From: Minisyncoccia bacterium | GTDB lineage: Bacteria; Patescibacteriota; Minisyncoccia; Phycocordibacterales; Zambryskibacteraceae | Direction of reading: 5' to 3' | NCBI GenBank assembly: GCA_041742965.1 | Contig: JBGTNQ010000012.1 | Coordinates: 1,379-65,378 of the forward strand | Length of the DNA: 64,000 nucleotides | Shown: positions 55,380 to 64,000 of the stretch, piece after piece | Numbering within the stretch: position 1 is the first letter of the stretch | Layout of the letters: each line of letters opens with the position of its first letter | Notes under the pieces: model-generated | Databases searched by the model: none | What the model saw: the letters and a program-made list of their open reading frames with translations, nothing else | Told to the model about the DNA's origin: nothing | Program-made: the position numbers and the translations under genes

Positions 55380-56501
55380 ATGGCAGAAGAAAAAATAGTT
55401 GAAGAAGAGATTGCTGAAGAAGAAGTGGTTCCCAAAAAAGACAGTGCTATGGATAAGCTCATGGCTGACTCCCCTAACCCCCCATCAATTGATGATTTGG
55501 TAGAAGGGACCGTTATAGGTATTGATAAAGGAGCACTTTATATTGATGTCCCCCCTTTTGGAACTGGTATCATATACGGCCGTGAATACATAAATGCTCG
55601 CGACATTATAAGAAAGGTGAATGTTGGTGACTCGGTCGCTGGTAAAGTAATCGCCCTTGATAATAAAGACGGCTACATAGAGATATCTCTAAAAGAAGCT
55701 CGCCAAGCACTCATCTGGAGTGAGGCTGAAGATGCCATTAGAGACCACATTGTATTTGATTTACCAATTCAAGAGGCCAATAAAGGTGGCCTCATACTTG
55801 CTTGGCAAGGAATACAGGGTTTTCTTCCCGCTTCACAACTAAAACCAGAACACTATCCTAGAGTCTCCGATGGAGATAAAGATAGGATTTTGGATGAACT
55901 AAGAAAGCTTGTCGGTGAACGCATCTCTGTCTCAATCATCGCCGCAATTCCAAAGGAAGGAAAGCTTATCTTCTCTGAGAAAAGCCCAGAGAGTAAGGAT
56001 AAGGAACAAATTGTGGACAAATACGCCCTCGGTGATGAGCTTGGAGGAGAGGTGACTGGAATTGTGGACTTTGGAATATTCGTAAAAGTAGAAGAGGGTC
56101 TGGAAGGGCTTGTGCATATATCTGAAATTGATTGGGCACTTGTAGAAAACCCTAGGACTCTCTACAAAGTGGGAGACAAAGTGAAAGTGAAAGTAATAGA
56201 TATCAAAGATGGAAAGATTTCACTCTCCATAAAAGCTCTCAAAGAAAATCCATGGAGAGAAGCTGAAAAGAAATACAAGAAAGACGACCTAGTAAAAGGT
56301 GTGATAATCAAGTTCAACAAACACGGCGCGCTTGCTTCTATCGAAGAGGGTGTAGCAGGACTTGTGCATATATCTGAGTTCGGTAGTGAAGACAAACTTC
56401 GTGAAAAACTTGAACTAGGTAAGACATATGATTTCAAAATCACTCTCTTTGATCCTAAAGAACAAAAGATGGCGCTCTCGTTTTCAGAGGCAAATAAGTA
56501 A
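55380..56501 (+). CDS. rpsA: 30S ribosomal protein S1 (four S1 domains)
   Basis: Repeated S1/OB motifs (GTVIGIDKGALYIDV..., GEVTGIVDFGIFVKVEEGLEGLVHISEI, GVIIKFNKHGALASIEEGVAGLVHISE). Confidence 0.8.
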   Translation: MAEEKIVEEEIAEEEVVPKKDSAMDKLMADSPNPPSIDDLVEGTVIGIDKGALYIDVPPFGTGIIYGREYINARDIIRKVNVGDSVAGKVIALDNKDGYIEISLKEARQALIWSEAEDAIRDHIVFDLPIQEANKGGLILAWQGIQGFLPASQLKPEHYPRVSDGDKDRILDELRKLVGERISVSIIAAIPKEGKLIFSEKSPESKDKEQIVDKYALGDELGGEVTGIVDFGIFVKVEEGLEGLVHISEIDWALVENPRTLYKVGDKVKVKVIDIKDGKISLSIKALKENPWREAEKKYKKDDLVKGVIIKFNKHGALASIEEGVAGLVHISEFGSEDKLREKLELGKTYDFKITLFDPKEQKMALSFSEANK

Positions 56502-56542
56502 TAGAGAAATCTGTTTCGATTAGCAAGTAGTCAAGAGACTTA

Positions 56543-56582
56543 AATCAACCGCGTCGCTCGCAAACGACGTGGTTGATTTTTA
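56543..56582 (+). terminator. Rho-independent terminator after rpsA
   Basis: atcaaccgcgtcg-ctcgcaaa-cgacgtggttgat-ttttagg. Confidence 0.65.
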
Positions 56583-56641
56583 GGTGGCTAGGTATAAGAT
56601 AAAATAAGAACCAGTTATCAACCCTCCACCGTGAGGTCACA

Positions 56642-57052
56642 ATGCGTATCAGTTCTAGAAAAACTATTGACCTGTATCAGAGAGATTTGGTATTCATGCT
56701 TCTTCTCAACCTTGAAGAAGCCGGGATGTTACCAATAAGCTTGGAAGATCTTCACTTGAGAGTCTTCCCTGTCTTCATTGGCAACATTGAAGCTCAAAGG
56801 GGAGTGACCACCATGTTCTTCCGAGACCACTCCTTTAGCCATTTCAGAGACCTCGACCAGATCCTGTTTGGATACAATGGTGGGGGATTTCTAAAAGTCG
56901 AGAAAGGGAGGGTGCTCTACACGATGCACCCAACTCGACTGAGAGAATTTGTTTCTAGATCGATTGGAGATGGCTACACCGTGGAAGACCTCTCCGCCGC
57001 AACTGCCTGTGCGTGTTTCTACGCAGAAATGACCAGAGAGGTGGCCGCATGA
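56642..57052 (+). CDS. hypothetical protein (136 aa) in a moderately GC-rich islet
   Basis: ORF bounded by the rpsA terminator upstream and a GC hairpin downstream. No family recognised. Confidence 0.4.
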   Translation: MRISSRKTIDLYQRDLVFMLLLNLEEAGMLPISLEDLHLRVFPVFIGNIEAQRGVTTMFFRDHSFSHFRDLDQILFGYNGGGFLKVEKGRVLYTMHPTRLREFVSRSIGDGYTVEDLSAATACACFYAEMTREVAA

Positions 57053-57111
57053 AGATGTGAAAGAAAAAGGCGACCCGCACCCGCGAGCCGCCTTTTCCCA
57101 TCATAATAAAT

Positions 57112-57696
57112 TTAATTAAACTGACTCATTGCAGTCTCACGCCCTTCGCTAACAATTGTTTCTATCGCTTGAGACACAGTCTTAGATATTTTTTTCATCA
57201 CATCCATTTCCTTTGATGAGAAAGCTCCGAGAATATGCTTCTCTACTTCCCTCTCACCTTTTGGTTTTTTTACCTTTCCGCTTGGGGTGGATTTACTAAT
57301 ACCTACACGGATACGGACAAAGGCTTCAGTTTTAAGAGCCCGAATAATTGATTCAATCCCACGATGTCCACCAGAGCCACGATTGAAAGATATTTTTATA
57401 TTTCCTAAACCTAAATCTAAATCGTCATAAACAACTATAAGTTGTTCGGCCTTTTTAACACTAGTTACAGCCGTGGCTACACTAGCCCCAGATTTATTCA
57501 TAAAAGTTTCAGGGAAAAGTACCAGAACCTTTTCTTTTCCAATTTTTCCTTCTGAAACTAGGGCCTTATATTTTTTTGAAGACTCTAATTCATCACAAAA
57601 ATCCTTTAAAAATTTTCTTAATACGATTCTGCCCGTATTGTGACGAGTATTTTCGTATTCTCCACCAGGGTTTCCTAAACCGACGATTGTATACAT
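57112..57696 (-). CDS. pth: peptidyl-tRNA hydrolase
   Basis: MYTIVGLGNPGGEYENTRHNTG and HNG. Confidence 0.9.
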   Translation of the reverse strand: MYTIVGLGNPGGEYENTRHNTGRIVLRKFLKDFCDELESSKKYKALVSEGKIGKEKVLVLFPETFMNKSGASVATAVTSVKKAEQLIVVYDDLDLGLGNIKISFNRGSGGHRGIESIIRALKTEAFVRIRVGISKSTPSGKVKKPKGEREVEKHILGAFSSKEMDVMKKISKTVSQAIETIVSEGRETAMSQFN

Positions 57697-57813
57697 GACT
57701 CAAGTGTATCAAATGTGAATATCACAATCTACTTTTTTCACAAGAACCCACAAAAAGTATTGCTGTCAAATGCTCTTTTGTAATACAATGCAACAAAATA
57801 AATTTCTCTACCT

Positions 57814-58419
57814 ATGTTAGAACAAGACACCATCAATCCACCAGAAAATCCGACACCAGAAAAAAAAGAAAAAGGATTTTTTAGAGAACTGATAGAATTT
57901 GCTCTTATCGCCATACTCGTAGTTGTGCCGTTTCGAATGTTCATCGCCCAGCCATACATAGTAAACGGCGCCTCAATGAACCCCACATTTAAAGGGGGCG
58001 AATACCTTATTGTTGACCAAATCACCTATCGCTTTGAGGAACCCAAGCGCGGTTCTGTCATTATATTTAAATATCCAAAAGACCCAGATTGGTACTTTAT
58101 TAAAAGAGTTATAGGGCTACCCAGCGAAACCATAAAAATAGAGAGTGGGAAGGTCAAAATAATAAACGAAGAAAACCCTGAAGGATTTGCTCTCTCGGAA
58201 GATTACATAGAGTTTGAAAAAAATGAAAATTTTTCAATAACACTTGAGGGAGATGAGTATTTCGTCATGGGTGACAACAGGCTCGGTAGTGCAGACTCTC
58301 GCATATGGGGGCCTCTGCCAAAAGAGAACATTGTCGGTAGACCGGTCGCTCGTCTTTTTCCCTTGAACAAAATTAGTTTTTTCCCAGGAAACCATACTGA
58401 GGACATCTCAGAAGACTAA
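57814..58419 (+). CDS. lepB: signal peptidase I
   Basis: Ser box NGASMNPT, Lys box YFIKRVIGLPSE, and GDNRLGSADSRIWG. Confidence 0.85.
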   Translation: MLEQDTINPPENPTPEKKEKGFFRELIEFALIAILVVVPFRMFIAQPYIVNGASMNPTFKGGEYLIVDQITYRFEEPKRGSVIIFKYPKDPDWYFIKRVIGLPSETIKIESGKVKIINEENPEGFALSEDYIEFEKNENFSITLEGDEYFVMGDNRLGSADSRIWGPLPKENIVGRPVARLFPLNKISFFPGNHTEDISED

Positions 58420-58421
58420 TC

Positions 58422-59639
58422 ATGCCAATCAAAAACTCGTCTTCAAAAAAAGACAACAGAGAAGCTTCTCATATTTTAAAAGAATTTGAAAAACCTTTTG
58501 AGACGGCTCTTTATTTTGGATTTACACCCATAAAGACGCCGGAAGTAAGCAGAGAAGACAATCAAAAACTTAAGTCTCTCAAAGATCCACACTACGATTC
58601 AAAATTAATCCAGGAAGAATTCCCATTTGTTTTCAATGCCTTAGAAAAAATTTCCATATTGCGCACATTTGAAGATTGGGGCTTTTCCAAGGGCCCTCAA
58701 CCCACCCTATTGGCATATAAAAAACCAATCATAGGCACACACAAAAAAAAGCCAGCAAATCTAGTTTTAGGCCTTGAGGTAATTGACCTACATGGAAGTT
58801 GCGCTGAAGCTATTCTACTTAGAACCACACTATCAATACTTAGGGACGAGGGTTTCAATGATGTGACCGTGCATATAAACAGCATTGGTGACAAAGACTC
58901 TGTATCAGAATTTGAAAAAACGGTATCCGGATTTGTCAGAAAGCATATGAATGGCTTCCCTGCTGATATAAGAAAAATGGCAAAAAAGGATATCTTTGAT
59001 ATTTTGAGAAGTAGTGATGAAAAACATCTATCTATTCAAGAGCAAGCCCCCAAATCTCTAAGTTTCCTTTCAGAACCATCGAGAAATCAGTGCCAAGAAG
59101 TTTTAGAGTATTTAGAAGCATTTGATGTTCCATATCAAATATCACCGAGACTCATTGGGGCTCCCACTTTTTGTTCACACACTGTCTTTGAAATACGAAA
59201 CAACGATGGAACAAACAAAAACATACTAGCTCAAGGATATGGATATTCTCGGCTCGCTAAAAAAATAGGTTTCAAAAAAGACCTATCGGCTTGTGGGGCT
59301 ACTATAGTCTGCAAGAAAAAAGGTGGGAAAAGTCGTGCTAAGACAGTAGCGCTGAAACCTAAAATATATTTGATACAACTTGGATTCGGAGCAAAATTAT
59401 TTTCACTTCCTTTGTTAGAAAATCTGAGAAAAGCACGCATTCATGTAGCTCACTCTCTATCAAAAGATAAACTAGGAAGTCAGCTTGCCTCTGCAGAAAA
59501 TATGAAGGTGTCTTCTGTACTAATCGTTGGACAAAAAGAAGCCCTAGACAAGACTGTTACTGTGAGAGATATGAATACCAGGGCCCAAGAAACAGTCCCA
59601 GCAGATGAACTAGTGGAGTATTTGAGGAAGTTGAAGTAG
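58422..59639 (+). CDS. class-II aaRS-like protein: HisRS/HisZ-type anticodon-binding domain with a divergent N-terminal domain
   Basis: The C-terminal ~100 aa (IYLIQLGFGAKLFSLPLLENLRKARIHVAHSLSKDKLGSQLASAENMKVSSVLIVGQKEALDKTVTVRDMNT) are HGTP-anticodon-like. Class II motifs 1-3 were not recognised in the N-terminal 280 aa. Confidence 0.55.
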   Translation: MPIKNSSSKKDNREASHILKEFEKPFETALYFGFTPIKTPEVSREDNQKLKSLKDPHYDSKLIQEEFPFVFNALEKISILRTFEDWGFSKGPQPTLLAYKKPIIGTHKKKPANLVLGLEVIDLHGSCAEAILLRTTLSILRDEGFNDVTVHINSIGDKDSVSEFEKTVSGFVRKHMNGFPADIRKMAKKDIFDILRSSDEKHLSIQEQAPKSLSFLSEPSRNQCQEVLEYLEAFDVPYQISPRLIGAPTFCSHTVFEIRNNDGTNKNILAQGYGYSRLAKKIGFKKDLSACGATIVCKKKGGKSRAKTVALKPKIYLIQLGFGAKLFSLPLLENLRKARIHVAHSLSKDKLGSQLASAENMKVSSVLIVGQKEALDKTVTVRDMNTRAQETVPADELVEYLRKLK

Positions 59640-59673
59640 ACAGTAATAAAATACATAGGCTTAGCCTATGTAT

Positions 59674-59700
59674 CCACTTGGAAACTCGGTTTCCAAGTGG
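59674..59700. repeat. palindromic element CACTTGGAAAC family, copy 2
   Basis: ccacttggaaac-tc-ggtttccaagtgg, preceded by the hairpin ataggcttagcctat and followed by gggggattttcat. Confidence 0.7.
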
Positions 59701-59801
59701 GGGATTTTCATGATTCATCATTCGTCATTCAATATTCGCCATTCGGCCTATGCCGAATGGCTCTTTACATCCATCCCTTCCCCTGCTAATATTAGCCACC
59801 T

Positions 59802-60056
59802 ATGATAAATGTTCAGGTAGAAAGAAATCAAAACGAGAGCGGTCTATCACTTTTAAGACGCTTCACCAAACGAGTACAGGGCTCGGGCATTCTTCCTCGT
59901 GTAAGAAGCATACGCTATGCAAGTAGAAATATTTCTGAGACAGTAAAGCAGAAAAAAACTTTGAAAAAACTCCGACAAAAGGCCTATATCTTGGAGCAGA
60001 TAAAGCTCGGCAAAATAACAGAAAATGAAAGAAAAGGCAAAAGGGGAAGAAAGTAA
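59802..60056 (+). CDS. rpsU: 30S ribosomal protein S21
   Basis: MINVQVERNQNESGLSLLRRFTKRVQGSGILPRVRSIRYASRN...KQKK fits the S21 pattern (V.V..nE....ALRRFkR.....G.l...R....Y). Confidence 0.75.
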   Translation: MINVQVERNQNESGLSLLRRFTKRVQGSGILPRVRSIRYASRNISETVKQKKTLKKLRQKAYILEQIKLGKITENERKGKRGRK

Positions 60057-60435
60057 TCTTTACTTTTCAATAACGAACAAAACAAAAGGCAAGCCACCGC
60101 GCTTGCCTTTTGTTGATATAAAAAACCATATACTAGGAGAAAAATATGAGCTATCACTAGTATTCATCGGTGAAAAAAAATCTTCAAATCTAAATCGTAT
60201 TTATAGGGGGAAAAACAAAACAGCAAATGTTCTATCTTTTCCACTTTCAAAAAGAGAGGGGGAAATTTTTATTTGTCTAGAAAAGGCCAAGAGAGAAGCG
60301 CCGAACTTCGAAGAATCATTTACAAATTTTGTGGGTTTTCTCTTTATCCACGGACTTCTTCATTTGAAAGGAATGCAACACGGTAGTAGAATGGAGAAGC
60401 GAGAAAAAATATTGAGAAAAAGATTCAATCTCTAA
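60025..60435 (+). CDS. ybeY: endoribonuclease YbeY
   Basis: Zinc motif FIHGLLHLKGMQH. Overlaps the rpsU 3' end, so the true start may be internal. Confidence 0.7.
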   Translation: MKEKAKGEESNLYFSITNKTKGKPPRLPFVDIKNHILGEKYELSLVFIGEKKSSNLNRIYRGKNKTANVLSFPLSKREGEIFICLEKAKREAPNFEESFTNFVGFLFIHGLLHLKGMQHGSRMEKREKILRKRFNL

Positions 60436-60535
60436 ATCATTTTTTAGATTATGAATCTGACAAATAAATTGGGGGGAGAGCTTTCCTCTTTGTCGTCCAT
60501 TAGTTCCCTCTTCGCTATTCTTCTTTTATTTACCC

Positions 60536-61729
60536 ATGTCCAGAAACATTTCAGTTGGCATTGATATAGGAACCTATCAAATTAAGGTTGTTGTTGCAGA
60601 ACAAAACCACGATGATGAGAGGGGTCAGCCCAAAATACTTGGTACTGGATTTGCAGAATCCAAAGGTCTTCGCCATGGATATATAGTCAATTCAAGCGAA
60701 GTAATAAAGGGCCTTAGGATGGCGGTCTCTCAAGCAGAAAAAGCCTCTGGAATAGGCATAAGGCGCGCTTATATATCAGTTGGCGGTATAGGACTTTCAA
60801 GTGTCATATCAACTGGCAGTACAGTTATATCTAGAGCTGATTCAGAAATAACAGAACTCGATATGCAAAAAGTGATGGAGCTGGCGCGTGAATCCATCCC
60901 TACTGCTCTGTCCCAAAACAGAAGAATTATCTACGAGATTCCAATAAAATACCGCGTAGACAGCAAAGAAGTTTTAGGCAATCACCCTTTGGGATTAAAG
61001 GGGATGAAGCTTGATGTAAAATCTCTTTTTATTACAAGTCTAGAACATCATTTAAAAGACCTGATAGATGCAGTAGAAGAAGCTGGGATTGAAGTCATAG
61101 ATGTGGTGGCATCTCCTATAGCGGCCAGCTTTGTAACACTGACGAAAGCTCAAAAAATAGCTGGGTGTGTTCTGGCAAATATAGGTTCTGAAACAATTTC
61201 TATAGTAGTTTTTGAAAATAATATCCCCATATCCCTTGAGGTTTTTCCTCTTGGTTCAAACGATATTACAAATGACATAGCTTTGGGTTTACGCATACCA
61301 CTTGAAGAGGCAGAAACCTTAAAACACGGCGGAATAACACACGCTTCATATCCCAAAAAGAAACTGGATGAAATCATAGGCGCAAGACTCTCAGATATGT
61401 TTGAACTGATTGATGCTCATCTTAAAAAAATTGGCCGAAATGGGCTTCTGCCTGCGGGAATAATCATCACCGGTGGTGGATCGTCTATTGGCACAATAGA
61501 AGACTTTGCAAAAGCATCTCTAAAACTTCCATCCAAAGTTGCTCATCTAAATTTTCCTGAGAAAGAGAAGGGAAAAGTCAAAGACGCTTTTTTTGCGGTA
61601 GCTTTAGGTCTCTGTATATTAGGATTAAGAGAGGAAGATGGAAGGGGTACAATAATCAGAAACCCAATAAATATACTGAAGACCATCGGAAATAAAGTGA
61701 AAGATATCTTGAGACCCTTCTTGCCTTAG
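60536..61729 (+). CDS. ftsA: cell-division protein FtsA
   Basis: Actin-fold phosphate loops (VGIDIGTYQIKVVV, IITGGGSS). Confidence 0.85.
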   Translation: MSRNISVGIDIGTYQIKVVVAEQNHDDERGQPKILGTGFAESKGLRHGYIVNSSEVIKGLRMAVSQAEKASGIGIRRAYISVGGIGLSSVISTGSTVISRADSEITELDMQKVMELARESIPTALSQNRRIIYEIPIKYRVDSKEVLGNHPLGLKGMKLDVKSLFITSLEHHLKDLIDAVEEAGIEVIDVVASPIAASFVTLTKAQKIAGCVLANIGSETISIVVFENNIPISLEVFPLGSNDITNDIALGLRIPLEEAETLKHGGITHASYPKKKLDEIIGARLSDMFELIDAHLKKIGRNGLLPAGIIITGGGSSIGTIEDFAKASLKLPSKVAHLNFPEKEKGKVKDAFFAVALGLCILGLREEDGRGTIIRNPINILKTIGNKVKDILRPFLP

Positions 61730-61904
61730 TACCCTATCCCCTATTTTTGAGTATTAAAAAGACACAAAATCCTTTTTTTGGCAAGGTTCTTTCTTTTTTT
61801 TATGGCTTTGCTATTATGGCTCTACTAAGTATTTGAGGGTTTAGGCCTTTAAAACGCCCTTAGACTTATTTTCCTTATTCAGCTTATTTACCCGAATAAA
61901 AATC

Positions 61905-63077
61905 ATGCCCCAAATCAAACCAGAAGTTGAAGCATTTGCTCGGATTAAAGTCCTTGGAATAGGCGGTTCGGGCAAGAATGTGATTAATCATATGATTAAT
62001 TCCAAGGTCCGTGGAGTTGACTTTATCTCCGTAAACACAGACGCTCAGGATCTACATCACTCTCTCGCCAAAAAGAAAATTCACATTGGTAAGAACCTAA
62101 CTCGTGGACTCGGTACTGGTATGAATCCAGAGCTCGGAAAACGGGCCGCAGAAGAGACAAAGGAAGAAATACAGGAATCTATAAAGGGGGCTGACATGGT
62201 CTTCATCGCTTGCGGTATGGGAGGTGGTACTGGAACAGGTGCTGCTCCTGCTGTGGCTCGAACAGCCAAAGAAGCGGGGTGTCTCACAGTAGCTGTAGTG
62301 ACAAAGCCATTCTTCTTTGAAGGTCTGCAGAGAATGCGTATTGCTGAACAAGGTATTGAAGAACTCAAGCAGTCAGTTGACGCTATTATCATCATTCCAA
62401 ACGACAGACTTCTCTCAACTATAGACAAGGACACTACTGCCAAAAACGCCTTCGCAATGTGTGACGATATACTCCGTCGAGCGGTGGAAGGTATTTCTGA
62501 CCTTGTCACAACCCCGGGCCTCATCAATATTGACTTTGCAGATATACGCGCAGTTATGGAAAATGCCGGCGCTGCGCTTATGGGTATAGGATACGCCTCT
62601 GGTGAAAAAAGAGCTGAAGAAGCGGCCCGCACGGCTATCAATTCCCCACTTCTTGAAGTTTCAATATCTGGAGCAAAGGGTGTTCTATTCTCCATTGCTG
62701 GGGGCGACGATCTCACTATGTTTGAAATCCAAGACGCAGCCAAGGTTATCACCGAATCTGTAGATCCAAATGCAAAAATTATATTCGGAACTGTTAGAGA
62801 CGAAAAACTCAAGAAAGGAGAGATTAAAATCACCGTTATCGCCTCTGGTTTTCCAGAAAATATGGTTAAGAAAACTCTCTTCCAGCAAGACAGTGAGGGA
62901 GAAGAAAAGAAGGGTAAAATCTATAACAGCATTCCAGTATTTGGTAGTGCTAAAGAACCTAAAACTGAAGAAAAGAAACCCGAACCACAGCCAACACCCG
63001 CTCCAACAACAGAAGAAAATGATGAGGATGATTGGGGTGCAGTACCAGCATTTCTCCGCCGTTCAAAGTTAAAATAG
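61905..63077 (+). CDS. ftsZ: cell-division protein FtsZ
   Basis: GIGGSGKN, the tubulin signature GMGGGTGTGAAP, the T7 loop, and a C-terminal acidic/Pro-rich tail. Confidence 0.9.
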   Translation: MPQIKPEVEAFARIKVLGIGGSGKNVINHMINSKVRGVDFISVNTDAQDLHHSLAKKKIHIGKNLTRGLGTGMNPELGKRAAEETKEEIQESIKGADMVFIACGMGGGTGTGAAPAVARTAKEAGCLTVAVVTKPFFFEGLQRMRIAEQGIEELKQSVDAIIIIPNDRLLSTIDKDTTAKNAFAMCDDILRRAVEGISDLVTTPGLINIDFADIRAVMENAGAALMGIGYASGEKRAEEAARTAINSPLLEVSISGAKGVLFSIAGGDDLTMFEIQDAAKVITESVDPNAKIIFGTVRDEKLKKGEIKITVIASGFPENMVKKTLFQQDSEGEEKKGKIYNSIPVFGSAKEPKTEEKKPEPQPTPAPTTEENDEDDWGAVPAFLRRSKLK

Positions 63078-63231
63078 AACCATCAAAAATCCGCCCTAGG
63101 GCGGATTTTTTGTTACATAGAGCTATGTTGCACATTTAATTATTCTTTGACTTATAAATTATAGGTGACAAAATTAAAGCAGAGGTGACAATGAGTCTTT
63201 GCTACACCATAAACCCAGACAAGGAGTCATT

Positions 63232-63402
63232 ATGTACTACTTGGAAAGGATGAGGAGTAGGCTCGTCGGTTCACTTGATGCATTCATTGGTGCCATGTTC
63301 GGAGCAGGCTTGGTGTTCGCTCCACATCTCACCATCATCGCCATCCTTATCGGAGCAGTCGCAATTGTTGCAATAAGGATGCGTGGTCAGACGATCACCT
63401 GA
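63232..63402 (+). CDS. small (57 aa) membrane protein in a GC-rich islet
   Basis: SD AGGAG 6 nt upstream. Product MYYLERMRSRLVGSLDAFIGAMFGAGLVFAPHLTIIAILIGAVAIVAIRMRGQTIT. A strong terminator follows. Confidence 0.45.
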   Translation: MYYLERMRSRLVGSLDAFIGAMFGAGLVFAPHLTIIAILIGAVAIVAIRMRGQTIT

Positions 63403-63403
63403 C

Positions 63404-63450
63404 CCCCACGAACCCCCACACGAGGTTCGTGGGGGTTTCGCTTTTAAAAA
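63404..63450 (+). terminator. Rho-independent terminator
   Basis: cccccacgaacc-cccacacgag-ggttcgtggggg followed by tttcgcttttaaaaa. Confidence 0.7.
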
Positions 63451-63479
63451 GCCACACATAGGGACTAACCTATGTACCT

Positions 63480-63504
63480 CACTTGGAAACTCGGTTTCCA
63501 AGTG
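63480..63504. repeat. palindromic element CACTTGGAAAC family, copy 3
   Basis: cacttggaaac-tcg-gtttccaagtg, preceded by the hairpin catagggactaacctatg and followed by actcgattttcat. Confidence 0.7.
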
Positions 63505-63660
63505 ACTCGATTTTCATTCCTTATCCTCCCCTCCTAAAAGCTAGGAGCTCTACGCTATAAACTACCTATATTCCTCATTCTTCCTCGCCATCTTTATTAT
63601 TTTTCCCATTTCTGATATCCTATCTTTTACTTGTCATTCTTTATTCATCATTCTTTATCT

Positions 63661-64000
63661 ATGTACGACTTAGCTATTTTAGGAGGAGGACCGGCTGGAG
63701 TATCTGCTGGAGTATACGCGGCCAGAAAACAACTAAAAACAATATTTATAACTGAAAGCTGGGGAGGACAAAGTATTGAATCCGCCGGTATAGAAAACTG
63801 GATTGGAACAATCAATATCCCAGGGCCCCAACTCGCAGAAGACCTCAAAAAACACCTCCTCGCCTACGCTGGAGATATTGTGACAGTAAAGGAAGGCGAA
63901 AGAGCAGAATCAGTCTCAAAAAAAGATGGGGGATTTGTAATAAAGACGAATAGTGGCGAATACGAAACAAAAACAATTTTAGTCGCCACGGGAAGCTCAA
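63661..64000 (+). CDS. trxB: thioredoxin-disulfide reductase-like FAD oxidoreductase, N-terminal part (runs off the window end)
   Basis: MYDLAILGGGPAGVSAGVYAARKQLKTIFITE...ILVATGSS is an FAD-binding GxGxxG fold. No stop codon before position 64000. Confidence 0.7.
   Translation, partial: MYDLAILGGGPAGVSAGVYAARKQLKTIFITESWGGQSIESAGIENWIGTINIPGPQLAEDLKKHLLAYAGDIVTVKEGERAESVSKKDGGFVIKTNSGEYETKTILVATGSS

Noticed and set aside
57738-58025. ORF 57738..58025 (-) of 95 aa
   Set aside because: Antisense to and overlapping the lepB 5' region. No signals.

Overview
This is a low-GC (~38-40% by eye), gene-dense bacterial segment with compact housekeeping genes: short-form IF-2, a 310-aa MetK, DnaX, GyrA, TopA, SerRS, ClpB, FtsA and FtsZ. 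That profile is typical of a reduced-genome Patescibacteria/CPR-like organism that also carries sortase-type envelope genes. The core content includes a copper-homeostasis cluster with a palindromic CsoR operator, ten tRNA genes, and a metK-ArsR module fronted by a candidate SAM-I-like riboswitch. The most unusual feature is a family of ~130-150-nt structured elements inserted at the T-loop to 3' end of four tRNA genes and at the 3' end of topA, plus a tandem array beside tRNA-Lys and tRNA-Leu(TAG). The five single copies are flanked by direct repeats of the target 3' end (15-27 nt at tRNAs, 75 nt at topA). All copies end in a conserved ...GTGACC terminus and share internal motifs. A minus-strand operon of six tandem small two-TM paralogs resembling TrbC/VirB2 pilins follows a methyltransferase and a solute-binding protein. 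A ~5-kb segment holding a lipase-like gene, ArsR and metK is bracketed by ~110-bp direct repeats. Several short GC-rich islets each carry their own SD and terminator and look horizontally acquired; the largest sits next to tRNA-Leu(TAG) and its att-like repeat. No rRNA genes or CRISPR arrays were found. All calls come from reading the sequence, and no database search was run.
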